Source of the DNA: Spirochaetia bacterium
Lineage (GTDB): Bacteria; Spirochaetota; Spirochaetia; CADAEX01
Direction of reading: 5' to 3'
NCBI GenBank assembly: GCA_963662265.2
Contig: CAXXHA010000029.1
Span: 128,001 to 192,000 of the forward strand
DNA: 64,000 nt
Each line of letters starts with the position of its first letter. Position 1 is the stretch's first letter. The notes beneath the pieces are model-generated. The model saw nothing but the letters and a program-made list of their open reading frames with translations, had not been told where the DNA came from and searched no databases. A program made the position numbers and the translations under genes. This document shows positions 20,801 through 30,441 of the stretch, piece by piece.

Positions 20801-21652
20801 ATGGATAATTATATCTTTCTTGATACAGATAAAAAAACAGCCGGGTATTTTTCATCTCTGAAACAGAGAGGTATTGAAAAAACAGCAGTAGACCTGGAAG
20901 GGGAGTTTAATCTTCATCATTACGGGGAGCATTTGTGCCTTATACAGATTTATGACGGTGAACAATGTGTAATAATTGATCCGCTGAAAGTTTCTGTATC
21001 GCTGATAAAGAATTTTTTCGAAGACAGTTCAGTTCTTAAAATAATGTATGGCTGTTCCACAGACAGAACACTTCTCTACCGGAAATACGGAATAAGTTTA
21101 AATTCAGTAATGGACCTGTACCTGGCTTCGGAAATCCTCGATTATCAGAAGAAAGGGCTTGATTCGATGCTTGAATATCATTTTATACTGAATAAGAAGA
21201 ATAAAAAGAAATATCAGAAATATAACTGGATGAAGAGGCCTGTTCAAAAAGGAGCCCTCGAATATGCTTCAGAAGATGTTGCATATCTTTTCAAACTCAG
21301 TACTGTACTTATGAAAGAGATGTTTGAAAGGAATCTTATCGAAACATATATTCTGAAAAATAATGAATTGCAGATACGTCCGATTACAGAAGACCCGGTA
21401 CCCGGTATTCTTAAAAAAAGAAGATACAGAAACCTTTCCAAAAAAAGCAAGAAAATATTCCTGAGCCTCTTTGATATGAGGGATAAATATGCGGAAAAAC
21501 TTGACCTGCCGCCAAACAGTGTTTTTTCCAATGATGATTTATTCAGTCTGGCATCCTTTGCTTTAATTCCGGAAAAAACACCTGTTTCATCAAAAATGAA
21601 CAGTAAAATGCGAGAGGATATTTATGATGATATCAGGCGCTGTATAGGATGA
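20801..21652 (+). CDS. RNase D-like 3'-5' exonuclease with HRDC domain
   Basis: AVDLEGE, CLIQI, W..RP...LEYASEDV; HRDC-like RDKYAEKLDLPP..VFSN. Confidence 0.85.
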   Translation: MDNYIFLDTDKKTAGYFSSLKQRGIEKTAVDLEGEFNLHHYGEHLCLIQIYDGEQCVIIDPLKVSVSLIKNFFEDSSVLKIMYGCSTDRTLLYRKYGISLNSVMDLYLASEILDYQKKGLDSMLEYHFILNKKNKKKYQKYNWMKRPVQKGALEYASEDVAYLFKLSTVLMKEMFERNLIETYILKNNELQIRPITEDPVPGILKKRRYRNLSKKSKKIFLSLFDMRDKYAEKLDLPPNSVFSNDDLFSLASFALIPEKTPVSSKMNSKMREDIYDDIRRCIG

Positions 21653-21660
21653 ATTATTTT

Positions 21661-23076
21661 TTACATTTTTTTATGATAATATTCCGCAAATTTAAAATCT
21701 TCTTCCATGATGTGATCTTTAAGCCAGTTGTATAGAAATTCCTCAACATTATCGGAAAAAGCATAATTCCTGTTTCTGTTGAGTTCAATTACTTTCTCTG
21801 AGAGAATTCTGTGTTCTTTTATATGATCTTCGCTGAAGGGATAATCTGTTTCTCTGAAAAGATCTTCCTCATTTGCAAAATGTTCAATTGTAGATTCAAT
21901 CAGCCTGTCATAGTAAACAGTAAGTAGATCCTTGTCATATCCTTTTTTTATTGCTTTTGTAAAATTATCTGTGATTTCAAAAAGATTCTGATGTTCCTCG
22001 TCAATTGCCAGTATTCCTGTGTTGTAATCATCAGACCAGTCGAATAATGATGTTTTTGATCCCAATGAAAATATTTTTGATTTTTCAGAATCATTTACAA
22101 GCAGAAGCAGACTATCATTTTTCTCAAGTACAGTATCTGGTGAAGGATTATTTAATACAGTATTATCCATTTTTTTAAGAACAGGAATGCTTTCAGCTCC
22201 TGTCCTCTTTTTTACATCAGCTACAGTGATTTCCTCATCATTGAAGTGGTTGTATATTTTTAATGTATATCCCATGACTGACATCTGTTTGTAGTCAGAT
22301 GTTTCAATATTTTTATTTTTACTGAATTTCTTTTTAATCTGGTTGGCAATCTGTTCTCCCCCCATCTTAAGAGGATAAACAACCTTGTTTGCTCCTGCTC
22401 TTATCAACCTGTTTTCAATGTCTGATTTGTAACCTCGTGCAATAATAAAAAGATCAGGGTTTAACTCCCTGGCTGCAAGAGATACATACATATTAATGGA
22501 ATCATCACCCATGCTTACAACAATCCCCGATGCTTTTTTTATTCCAGCCTGGATAAGTGTTGAATCATAAGTTGCCTTTCCAATAACTGTCAGATAATTT
22601 CTTTTCTGTGCCCAGGAAGCAGTTTCCTCATTGTTTTCAACAACAACAAAAGGAATATCAGAGTCGTGGAGTGAATATGATATTGAACTTCCTATTCCAC
22701 CGAAACCGCATATAATGTAGTGCCCTTTGAGATTTTTAATTTTTTTAAGCATTTTGCTTTCTCCGAAATATCTTTTAAAGTTGTTTTCAACAAAAGCTCT
22801 TGCCAGCTGTGTTGCAAAAACAGCGGCAGAACCAAGTCCGCAGAAAATAAGAAATACAGTGAATATTCTTCCTGCATCTGACAGCGGTTTTGTTTCGCCG
22901 TATCCCACAGTGGTAATTGATATAGCTGTCATGTAGAAGCTGTCCATAAGTGTCCAGTCTTTCTCAATAAAATAATATCCGAAAGTCCCGGTGCAGAAAA
23001 TTATAATTATGAGTATCAGTATTTTAAATAAATTATATTTTTGTGATTCCATCTTTAATACATTTTCGTCTTTCAT
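21661..23076 (-). CDS. 2-TM potassium channel + RCK (TrkA-N) + C-terminal bacteriohemerythrin fusion
   Basis: TTVGYG filter; IICGFGGIG Rossmann motif; hemerythrin motifs IDEEH, HFANEE, HIKEH, WLKDHIMEED. Confidence 0.92.
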   Translation of the reverse strand: MKDENVLKMESQKYNLFKILILIIIIFCTGTFGYYFIEKDWTLMDSFYMTAISITTVGYGETKPLSDAGRIFTVFLIFCGLGSAAVFATQLARAFVENNFKRYFGESKMLKKIKNLKGHYIICGFGGIGSSISYSLHDSDIPFVVVENNEETASWAQKRNYLTVIGKATYDSTLIQAGIKKASGIVVSMGDDSINMYVSLAARELNPDLFIIARGYKSDIENRLIRAGANKVVYPLKMGGEQIANQIKKKFSKNKNIETSDYKQMSVMGYTLKIYNHFNDEEITVADVKKRTGAESIPVLKKMDNTVLNNPSPDTVLEKNDSLLLLVNDSEKSKIFSLGSKTSLFDWSDDYNTGILAIDEEHQNLFEITDNFTKAIKKGYDKDLLTVYYDRLIESTIEHFANEEDLFRETDYPFSEDHIKEHRILSEKVIELNRNRNYAFSDNVEEFLYNWLKDHIMEEDFKFAEYYHKKM

Positions 23077-23183
23077 GTAAATAAAATTGATAACAATTAT
23101 TATTACAAAAAGTTGTCGTAAATATTCAGTTTTTCTATTAAAATTAGTTAATAATTAAAAAAAACACACTTTCAAGGAAAATT

Positions 23184-25628
23184 ATGATAAAAAAAATATC
23201 AGTATGTTTTTTATATACATTTCTTTTCATATTTTCAACTGTTTCAGTTTATTCAGATGTAGATATAAGCCTTTTATGCCAATCATTATTCAGTGAAGTT
23301 AAAGTACCTATTCTTATTATTGATACTGATACATCTGTAATAGTTGAGCTGAACAAAGCTGCTGTTGATTTTTACGGATATGATTATGATGAAATCAAAG
23401 GTATGAATATCAGTGAAATCAATACAATGAGTGCTGAAGATGTCAATTCGGAAATTAATAATACAGTAAATGAAAAAAGAAATCATTTTATATTCAGGCA
23501 CAGACTTTCTGGGGGAAAAATACGGGATGTAGAAGTTTATTCATCTCCTGTTGAAATCGGGGGGAAAAAATATCTTACATCTTTCATACATGACATAACT
23601 GAAAGAAAAGATATGGAAAATAAACTTAAAGCCAGTGAAGAAAGGGGCGCAATTGCGGAAAGTTTTGCAAGATACGGCAACTGGGTTTTAAATATGAATA
23701 ACGGAAATTTTACCGGTTCCGAAGGGGCAAAAAAAATATTCGGATATGAAGATGATGTTTTTACAATAGCTGAAGTTTATGAGGTAATACTTCCTGAATA
23801 CAGGGAAATGATTGATAGTGCGTTACGAGAACTTGTAAGTTCAGATATTCATTATAATATAAGGTACAAAATAAAGAGGAAAACTGACGGAAGAATAATT
23901 GATATAGCATCGACTGCCAGATATGATCATGATAAAAATACAGTTTTCGGCATTATTCAGGATATAACCGAGGAAACAGCAGCATATGATCTCCTTTATT
24001 TCAGGACCTCTATATTTCTCTCAGTGCTTTTTATTATTCTTTTCATACAGTTTGTAGTAATTGTTTTCTATATCCGGGCCAACAATATGAAAAAAGCTGC
24101 ACAGGCGACTCTGGTTGAGAAATCAAGGGAATTTGACAGGTTTTTCAGCCTGAAATCAGATATTTTATGTGTCTTCGATAAAAACGGATGCCTGATTAAG
24201 ATAAATGAAGCATGTGAGAATCTGATGGGAGTATCTATGGAAGATGCTGTTGAATCTGATATTTATTCATATATTGATACGGATGACAGGGATAAATTTT
24301 CAGCTGCACTTCAAGCAATAACAGAAGATGGAGATACTTCAACTTCGGAAGTTGCTGTTATCAGCAATGATAACGGGAAAAGATATGTAGAGTGGAATAT
24401 AAGCCGTGACAGCGGTTTTTTCTACGGTGTTGCCCGGGATGTGACTGAAAGAAGAATCAATGCTGAAAAGCGGCTGAAAATGGAGAAACAGATACTTCAG
24501 ACTCAGAAACTTGAAAGCCTTGGCGTTCTTGCAGGAGGTATTGCCCATGATTTTAATAACATACTTATGGCAGTTCTCGGCTATACAGAACTTGCACGGA
24601 TGGAAATAAGTTCGGCATCACCTGCATACGGCAATCTCAGGGAAATTGAAGCTGCATCAAAAAAAGCCTCAAGGCTGTGCAGCCAGATGCTTGCATATAC
24701 CGGTTGTGCCTCCTATAACCTTGAAAAGGTTAATATAAATAAACTGATAAATGAAATGATTCATCTTGTAAAAACACTTATAACCAAGAAAGCTGTTCTG
24801 AATTTAAGCCTGGAGGAAAATATATCAGCTATTGACGCAGATCCGTCACAGATAAGCCAGGTGATTATGAATCTTATAATAAACAGTTCTGATGCGATTG
24901 GTGAAAGTAACGGAGTTATTTCAATTTCGACAGGTTCATCTTTTTTTGATGTTGATTATCTGTCGAAAACAACAACATATGAAAATCCTGAACCTGGAAA
25001 ATATGTTTATTTTGAAATTTCCGATACAGGATGCGGTATTTCTTCCGGTGAAGTGGAAAGGGTTTTTGAACCGTTTTATACAACTAAATTTACAGGCAGG
25101 GGACTGGGGCTCGCGGCGGTTCAGGGAATTGTCCGGTCGCATAAAGGTTCAATAAAAGTTTACAGTGAAGAGGGCAAGGGAACCAACTTCAAGGTGATGT
25201 TTCCTGAGGCTGACAACGGTAAGAAAATTTCAGAACCTGATGAAAATGGAGAAAAAAGCAGCTGGAAAGGTTCCGGCACTGTACTGTTTGTTGATGACGA
25301 AGATACTCTTAGATTTCTCGGCTCGGATATGCTGAAGAAACTGGGTTACAATGTTGTAACAGCAATTGACGGAAGTGATGCTGTCCGGAAATACAGGGAA
25401 CTGAAAAGCGAAATTGATTTTGTCATACTTGATCTTACAATGCCTAACATGGACGGCAGCCAGGCTTTGAGTGAAATTAGAAATATAAATAACGATGTTG
25501 ATGTTATTGTTGCAAGCGGATACAGCTATAATGATATTGTTGCAAGATTTTCCGGTAAAAATATTTCCGGAATAATACAGAAACCCTATTCAATGGATAA
25601 AATAAGGGAAATACTTGAAAACATATAA
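23184..25628 (+). CDS. Hybrid histidine kinase with three PAS domains and a receiver
   Basis: PAS/PAC motifs (HDITERK, QDITE, RDVTER); GIAHDFNN; FYTTKFTGRGLGL; LDLTMPNMDG. Confidence 0.92.
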   Translation: MIKKISVCFLYTFLFIFSTVSVYSDVDISLLCQSLFSEVKVPILIIDTDTSVIVELNKAAVDFYGYDYDEIKGMNISEINTMSAEDVNSEINNTVNEKRNHFIFRHRLSGGKIRDVEVYSSPVEIGGKKYLTSFIHDITERKDMENKLKASEERGAIAESFARYGNWVLNMNNGNFTGSEGAKKIFGYEDDVFTIAEVYEVILPEYREMIDSALRELVSSDIHYNIRYKIKRKTDGRIIDIASTARYDHDKNTVFGIIQDITEETAAYDLLYFRTSIFLSVLFIILFIQFVVIVFYIRANNMKKAAQATLVEKSREFDRFFSLKSDILCVFDKNGCLIKINEACENLMGVSMEDAVESDIYSYIDTDDRDKFSAALQAITEDGDTSTSEVAVISNDNGKRYVEWNISRDSGFFYGVARDVTERRINAEKRLKMEKQILQTQKLESLGVLAGGIAHDFNNILMAVLGYTELARMEISSASPAYGNLREIEAASKKASRLCSQMLAYTGCASYNLEKVNINKLINEMIHLVKTLITKKAVLNLSLEENISAIDADPSQISQVIMNLIINSSDAIGESNGVISISTGSSFFDVDYLSKTTTYENPEPGKYVYFEISDTGCGISSGEVERVFEPFYTTKFTGRGLGLAAVQGIVRSHKGSIKVYSEEGKGTNFKVMFPEADNGKKISEPDENGEKSSWKGSGTVLFVDDEDTLRFLGSDMLKKLGYNVVTAIDGSDAVRKYRELKSEIDFVILDLTMPNMDGSQALSEIRNINNDVDVIVASGYSYNDIVARFSGKNISGIIQKPYSMDKIREILENI

Positions 25629-25695
25629 TCGAGTCTGAAAGAAAAAAATCAGAAAATGATTCACAATTTATTATAACAAAAGAGACTGTATTCTG

Positions 25696-25752
25696 AATTA
25701 GAATAAAATGATGTAAAATTGAAAAACATAGTTTTTAGAGATCCCCTTATAT
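25696..25752 (-). repeat. Inverted copy of the left end of the 19333-19461 element
   Basis: Reverse complement matches 19333-19389 at 52/57 positions by manual alignment. Confidence 0.85.
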
Positions 25753-25925
25753 AAACTTCTCACAGAAAATCTGATTTAGTTAGTAGAAATGAATCAGTAG
25801 TCCGGATAACACCCCTTCTTTCTATTGGATAATATTCATTATTAAATTATAATTGAGAAAAATGAAAAAAAGAAAAAATCTGATCATGAAAAACTGTCAG
25901 AAAAATAAATATAGAAGAGAACATA

Positions 25926-27581
25926 ATGAAATTTGAAGAATTCAACATTGATGATGAACTCCTGCGTGGACTGAATGATGCAGGATACACAGAATGTATG
26001 CCGGTGCAGGAACAGACATTGCGGCTTACACTGGAAGGAAAAGATGTAGAAGTTCAGTCGCAGACTGGAACAGGAAAAACCGCAGCATTTTTAATAACAG
26101 TATTTCAGCTGTTTCAGAAAAACAGGGAGAACAGGAGAAAAACACTTATCGTAGTCCCTACAAGGGAACTTGCAGTACAGATAGAGCAGGAAGCTAAGCT
26201 GCTTTCAAAGTATATTGATATAAATATTGTAAGTATTTTCGGCGGTACAGGATACAAAAAACAGGAAGCCCTGATAGAGCAGGGTGCAGATGTTATAATC
26301 GGTACACCGGGGAGGCTCATTGATTTCGGAAAATCAGGTAAAATAAAATTCAGAGAAATAGGTACACTTATTATTGATGAAGCAGACAGGATGTTTGATA
26401 TGGGTTTTATTCCGGATCTCAGGTGGATGATGAGAAAAATGCCGGCAAGAGAACAGCGGAATACAATGCTTTTCAGCGCCACTCTAAACAGCCGTGTAAG
26501 ACAGCTTGCCTGGGAATATATGAATGAACCTGAAGAAATAGAAATTGCTCCGGAAAGTATTACTGTGGAGGAAATAGAGCAGGTTTTATATCATGTTTCC
26601 AAAGAGGAAAAGCTGAAACTGCTGCTTGGGATACTGAATAAGGATAAACCTGAAACAGCGGTGATTTTTATCAACACAAAACAGCATGCTGTAGAGCTTT
26701 CGAAAAGACTGAACCATAACGGATTGAAGTCAAGTTACCTGATGGGAGACATGCCTCAGAAGAAAAGGCTTTCAATTATAAACAGGGTAAAGTCCGGTGA
26801 AATCAAGCTGCTTGTAGCAACAGATGTTGCTGCGAGGGGACTTCATATAAATGATCTTGAGATGGTTTTCAACTATGATCTTCCTGAGGACTGTGAGAAT
26901 TATGTACACAGAATAGGAAGAACTGCCAGGGCAGGAAAAACAGGTAAGGCTGTATCTCTTGCCTGTGAGAAATATGTATTTGCGCTTCCTTCAATTGAAG
27001 AGTATATAAAAATGAAAATTCCGGTTGAGTGGGCTGATGAAGAACTTTACGCGGAAGACCTGAGCGAGGGAATAAGGTTCAGACACGAAAGAAGATCTTC
27101 TTCGGGACGAACTGACAGCAGGAGAACTTCAGGCCGAAGCAGGCGGGGTTCCAACACTCAGCACAGTTCAGGGTATGGAAACAGCAGAAGGACTGACTCG
27201 GGACGGAAAAATACAGAAAGGCAGAATTACAGGAAAGAAAGTCCTGTATCTGACAGCAGTTATACAGACAGCAGAAAAACTGCATCTTCATCCAGATCCG
27301 GTAGAATGGTGAAAAGCGGCAGAAATGAAAACAGGAATGACAGCAGACGTAAAGGATTTTCAGAAAACCAGAAAAACCGTGGGAACTACGGAAACAGGAA
27401 ACGGAATGAAAATAACAGCTTAAGCAGGAAGAATAACCGTTCCTATGAAGATCGAATCAAATATTACAATGAAAAGTACGGTGAGAATATTGCAGTATCA
27501 GATAAGAATGTTTCTGAAAACGACAGCAGAAAAAAATCCGGAAAAAAATCAATTTTAAAGAGAATATTCGGACTTAAATAA
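25926..27581 (+). CDS. DEAD-box RNA helicase (RhlB-like) with R/S/N-rich disordered tail
   Basis: QTGTGKT, PTRELA, TPGR, DEAD, SAT and HRIGRTAR motifs. Confidence 0.95.
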   Translation: MKFEEFNIDDELLRGLNDAGYTECMPVQEQTLRLTLEGKDVEVQSQTGTGKTAAFLITVFQLFQKNRENRRKTLIVVPTRELAVQIEQEAKLLSKYIDINIVSIFGGTGYKKQEALIEQGADVIIGTPGRLIDFGKSGKIKFREIGTLIIDEADRMFDMGFIPDLRWMMRKMPAREQRNTMLFSATLNSRVRQLAWEYMNEPEEIEIAPESITVEEIEQVLYHVSKEEKLKLLLGILNKDKPETAVIFINTKQHAVELSKRLNHNGLKSSYLMGDMPQKKRLSIINRVKSGEIKLLVATDVAARGLHINDLEMVFNYDLPEDCENYVHRIGRTARAGKTGKAVSLACEKYVFALPSIEEYIKMKIPVEWADEELYAEDLSEGIRFRHERRSSSGRTDSRRTSGRSRRGSNTQHSSGYGNSRRTDSGRKNTERQNYRKESPVSDSSYTDSRKTASSSRSGRMVKSGRNENRNDSRRKGFSENQKNRGNYGNRKRNENNSLSRKNNRSYEDRIKYYNEKYGENIAVSDKNVSENDSRKKSGKKSILKRIFGLK

Positions 27582-27628
27582 TAAGATTTTTTGTAATTTC
27601 ATTTGTAAGGAGATTGCAGGAAAAAGAT

Positions 27629-27660
27629 AAAACAGCTGATTGTTCAGCTGTTTTTTTTTT
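27629..27660 (+). terminator. Intrinsic terminator
   Basis: AAAACAGCTGA-TTGT-TCAGCTGTTTT followed by a T run. Confidence 0.8.
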
Positions 27661-27902
27661 GGAGAAGAACTGAAAATATCAGTGTTTAGATTAAATTATT
27701 ATAATGTGATTGTTCTATGATTTATAATACCTGCTGCTAAAGAATTCAGAAATAATACTGAAAGCTTTGGTATAAATATGTAAAAAAAAGCATCCCGGAG
27801 AGCTGTTTAGCAATAATAATATAAATAAATATGCAGTCTAATTGACTTTTATGCATATTTTTACATATTATGAATCATATTTTTTAAAAAACGGAGAAAT
27901 GA

Positions 27903-28640
27903 ATGAAACTCAGTAAATTGATTATTGCACTGATTATTTCTTTAATTGCGCTCACTGGATGTGCAGAAAAGAAAGAAGCTATTGTTATGGGAACTAATGC
28001 TGCATTCCCGCCATTTGAATTTATCGGCGGAGAATCCGGTGATGAAGTAGTAGGATTTGATGTAGAGATTGCAAAAGAAATTGCAAAAGATCTCGGCGTT
28101 GAACTCAGAATTGAAGATATGGAGTTTGATACACTTCTTACAGCGCTTAATGCAGATAAAATAGATTTTGTTATAGCAGGTATGACAATCAATCCAAAGA
28201 GAGCGGAAAGTGTGAACTTTTCAGAACCTTATTATGAGGCAACACAGGCTGTTATTGTTCAGAAGGGTCAGGATGTGATAAAGGTGATTGATGATCTTAA
28301 AGATAAAAAAATGTCAGTACAGCTTGGTACAACCGGAAATGATATGGCAAGTAAATACACATCAGAAGGTAATATTTCTGCGTTTAACACAGGTTTTGAA
28401 GCTGTAATGGAACTTAAAAACGGAAAGGTTGACTGTCTTATAATTGACCAGCAGCCTGCAATGAATTTTGTAAATAAAAATCCTGAACTTGAAATAATTT
28501 CATTTGATTTTGATCCTGAGTATTATGGTATAGCTATAAAAAAGGATAATAAAGAACTGCTTGATTCTGTTAACAAGACACTTTCAAGACTTAAAGAAAG
28601 CGGTAAATATGATGAACTGCTTTCACAGTTCATGAAATAG
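27903..28640 (+). CDS. Polar amino acid ABC substrate-binding lipoprotein
   Basis: Lipobox LTGC; GTNAAFPPFE, GFDVEI, VQLGTTG. Confidence 0.92.
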   Translation: MKLSKLIIALIISLIALTGCAEKKEAIVMGTNAAFPPFEFIGGESGDEVVGFDVEIAKEIAKDLGVELRIEDMEFDTLLTALNADKIDFVIAGMTINPKRAESVNFSEPYYEATQAVIVQKGQDVIKVIDDLKDKKMSVQLGTTGNDMASKYTSEGNISAFNTGFEAVMELKNGKVDCLIIDQQPAMNFVNKNPELEIISFDFDPEYYGIAIKKDNKELLDSVNKTLSRLKESGKYDELLSQFMK

Positions 28641-28643
28641 ATA

Positions 28644-28742
28644 CTTGATAAAAACTTGTTTTTATCAAGAGCGACAGAGACTTTCTCGAAGAGAAAGTGC
28701 TCGATAGCGTCATAAAACTTGATAAAAACTTGTTTTTACCAA
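28644..28742. repeat. Composite palindromic intergenic element (A-B-A')
   Basis: 12-bp palindrome CTTGATAAAAAC-TT-GTTTTTATCAAG at 28644-28669, repeated from 28718 with an internal mismatch; central hairpin ACTTTCTC-GAA-GAGAAAGT at 28680-28698. Confidence 0.85.
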
Positions 28743-28762
28743 TATTATTATAGGAGACACAT

Positions 28763-29443
28763 TTGTTTGATGCCGTAAAAAGGACTCTAATTGAAGAGCT
28801 TTGGGACGCAGGTCCCAACGGCATAACACTTCTATTTAACGGACTTAAGGTTACCCTTGTGGTAACCTTATTTGCTGTTTTTACAGGTGTTGTGCTGGGT
28901 ACAATTATTGCTCTCATGAGAATGTCCAAAAACAGACTACTCAATCTCACAGCAAGAGGTTACACCGAATTAATAAGAGGAACTCCGGTACTTGTACAGC
29001 TTCTTATTATCTATTTTGTTGTTTTTCAGGCTTTTGATGTAAATAAGACAATGGCTGCAATAATTGCTTTTGGAATTAACTCCGGAGCATATGTTTCAGA
29101 AATTATCAGAGCCGGAATACAGGCTGTTTCGAAGGGACAGATGGAAGCTGCGAGGTCTTTAGGTATGCCCCACAGCATGGCAATGAAAGAGATAATACTT
29201 CCGCAGGCAGTTAAAAATATTCTTCCCGCTCTGGGTAATGAATTTATTGTTCTTCTGAAAGAGACTTCAATAATTGGATTTATCGGTGGGAATGACCTGA
29301 TGAGAGCAGGTAATAAGATAAGAAGTATTACCTATGAGGCGACAATACCGCTTATTGCAACAGCAATCATTTACCTTATACTTACTCTGACCCTTTCACA
29401 TCTTCTTGCAAGGGCTGAAAGGAGGATGAAAAACAGTGATTAA
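28763..29443 (+). CDS. Polar amino acid ABC permease
   Basis: [32 protein letters not shown]; TTG start with AGGAG RBS. Confidence 0.92.
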   Translation: MFDAVKRTLIEELWDAGPNGITLLFNGLKVTLVVTLFAVFTGVVLGTIIALMRMSKNRLLNLTARGYTELIRGTPVLVQLLIIYFVVFQAFDVNKTMAAIIAFGINSGAYVSEIIRAGIQAVSKGQMEAARSLGMPHSMAMKEIILPQAVKNILPALGNEFIVLLKETSIIGFIGGNDLMRAGNKIRSITYEATIPLIATAIIYLILTLTLSHLLARAERRMKNSD

Positions 29444-30160
29444 AGTAGTCGATCTTCATAAATATTTCGGAAAACTTGAAGTCCTCAGGGGAATTACTGA
29501 AAGTGTTGCACCTGGTGAAGTAATAAGTGTAATAGGTCCTTCAGGAAGCGGAAAGAGTACATTCCTGAGATGTCTGAACCTGCTTGAGGAACCGACCTCG
29601 GGACATATTTTTATCGAAGGGACAGAGTATTACAGATACTGCAACAGATATAAACAAGCTGCGTGAAAAAGTGGGAATGGTTTTTCAGCAGTTTAATCTG
29701 TTTCCCCATAAATCTGTCATGGAAAACATAACTCTTGCACCTGTTAAGCTTGGCAAGATGAGCGTTAAAGAGGCAGAGGATAAAGCTGTAGAACTGCTTG
29801 AACGGGTAGGGCTTTCTGACAAGGTTAATGAATATCCGAACCGGCTTTCCGGTGGACAGAAGCAGAGAGTAGCTATTGCACGTGCTCTTGCAATGAATCC
29901 TGATATCATGCTTTTTGATGAGCCTACAAGCGCACTTGATCCTGAAATGGTAGGTGAAGTACTTGATGTAATAAAGAAGCTGGCATCGGAAGGGATGACA
30001 ATGGTTGTTGTGACCCATGAGATGGGGTTTTGCAAGAGAGGTCAGCAACAGGGTTCTTTTCATTGATGAAGGGGTTATTGTCGAGAACAGGCCTCCTGAA
30101 GAACTGTTCGGGAATCCGCAGAATGAAAGGACAAAGGATTTTCTTTCAAAAGTACTGTAA
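29436..30160 (+). CDS. Polar amino acid ABC ATPase (GlnQ-like), with two frameshifts that are probably sequence errors
   Basis: [24 protein letters not shown] across frames. Removing one base at about 29620 and one at about 30028 restores an ORF ending FLSKVL* at 30160. Confidence 0.85.
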
Positions 30161-30180
30161 AATTATTATAATCATGAAAT

Positions 30181-30211
30181 AAATGCACTTTTTTTAAAGT
30201 GCATTTTTTTT
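30181..30211. terminator. Intrinsic terminator between convergent ABC operons
   Basis: AAATGCACTTT...AAAGTGCATTT followed by a T run. Confidence 0.7.
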
Positions 30212-30441
30212 AATAAAAAAACTTTAAAAAGTATTTTCAGGGTTGTGTCTAATTAACTGTATTTTTGAGTTTTTAAACAAAGACATTTTTTGTCAGCCAT
30301 CTTGTTGTTGTGAAGAAGTGCAACAAGATCTTCTATTGATGTGAAACAGTGTCTGAACCAAAACAGTTGCAACAAAATAATTACTGAATCAAAAAAGTGT
30401 CTGAATAAAAATAATTACTGATATTCAGAGCCTGCTGTAAC

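Noticed and set aside
27080-27560. Repetitive GACAGCAG/R-S-rich tail of the helicase
   Set aside because: Disordered basic tails are normal for DEAD-box helicases.
28641-28745. Possible mini-CRISPR (two palindromic direct repeats with a spacer)
   Set aside because: Only two repeats, the spacer is itself structured, and there are no cas genes in the window.
30340-30425. Short direct repeats AGTGTCTGAA and AAAATAATTACTGA
   Set aside because: Two copies with unequal spacing in AT-rich DNA; no array or element can be supported.
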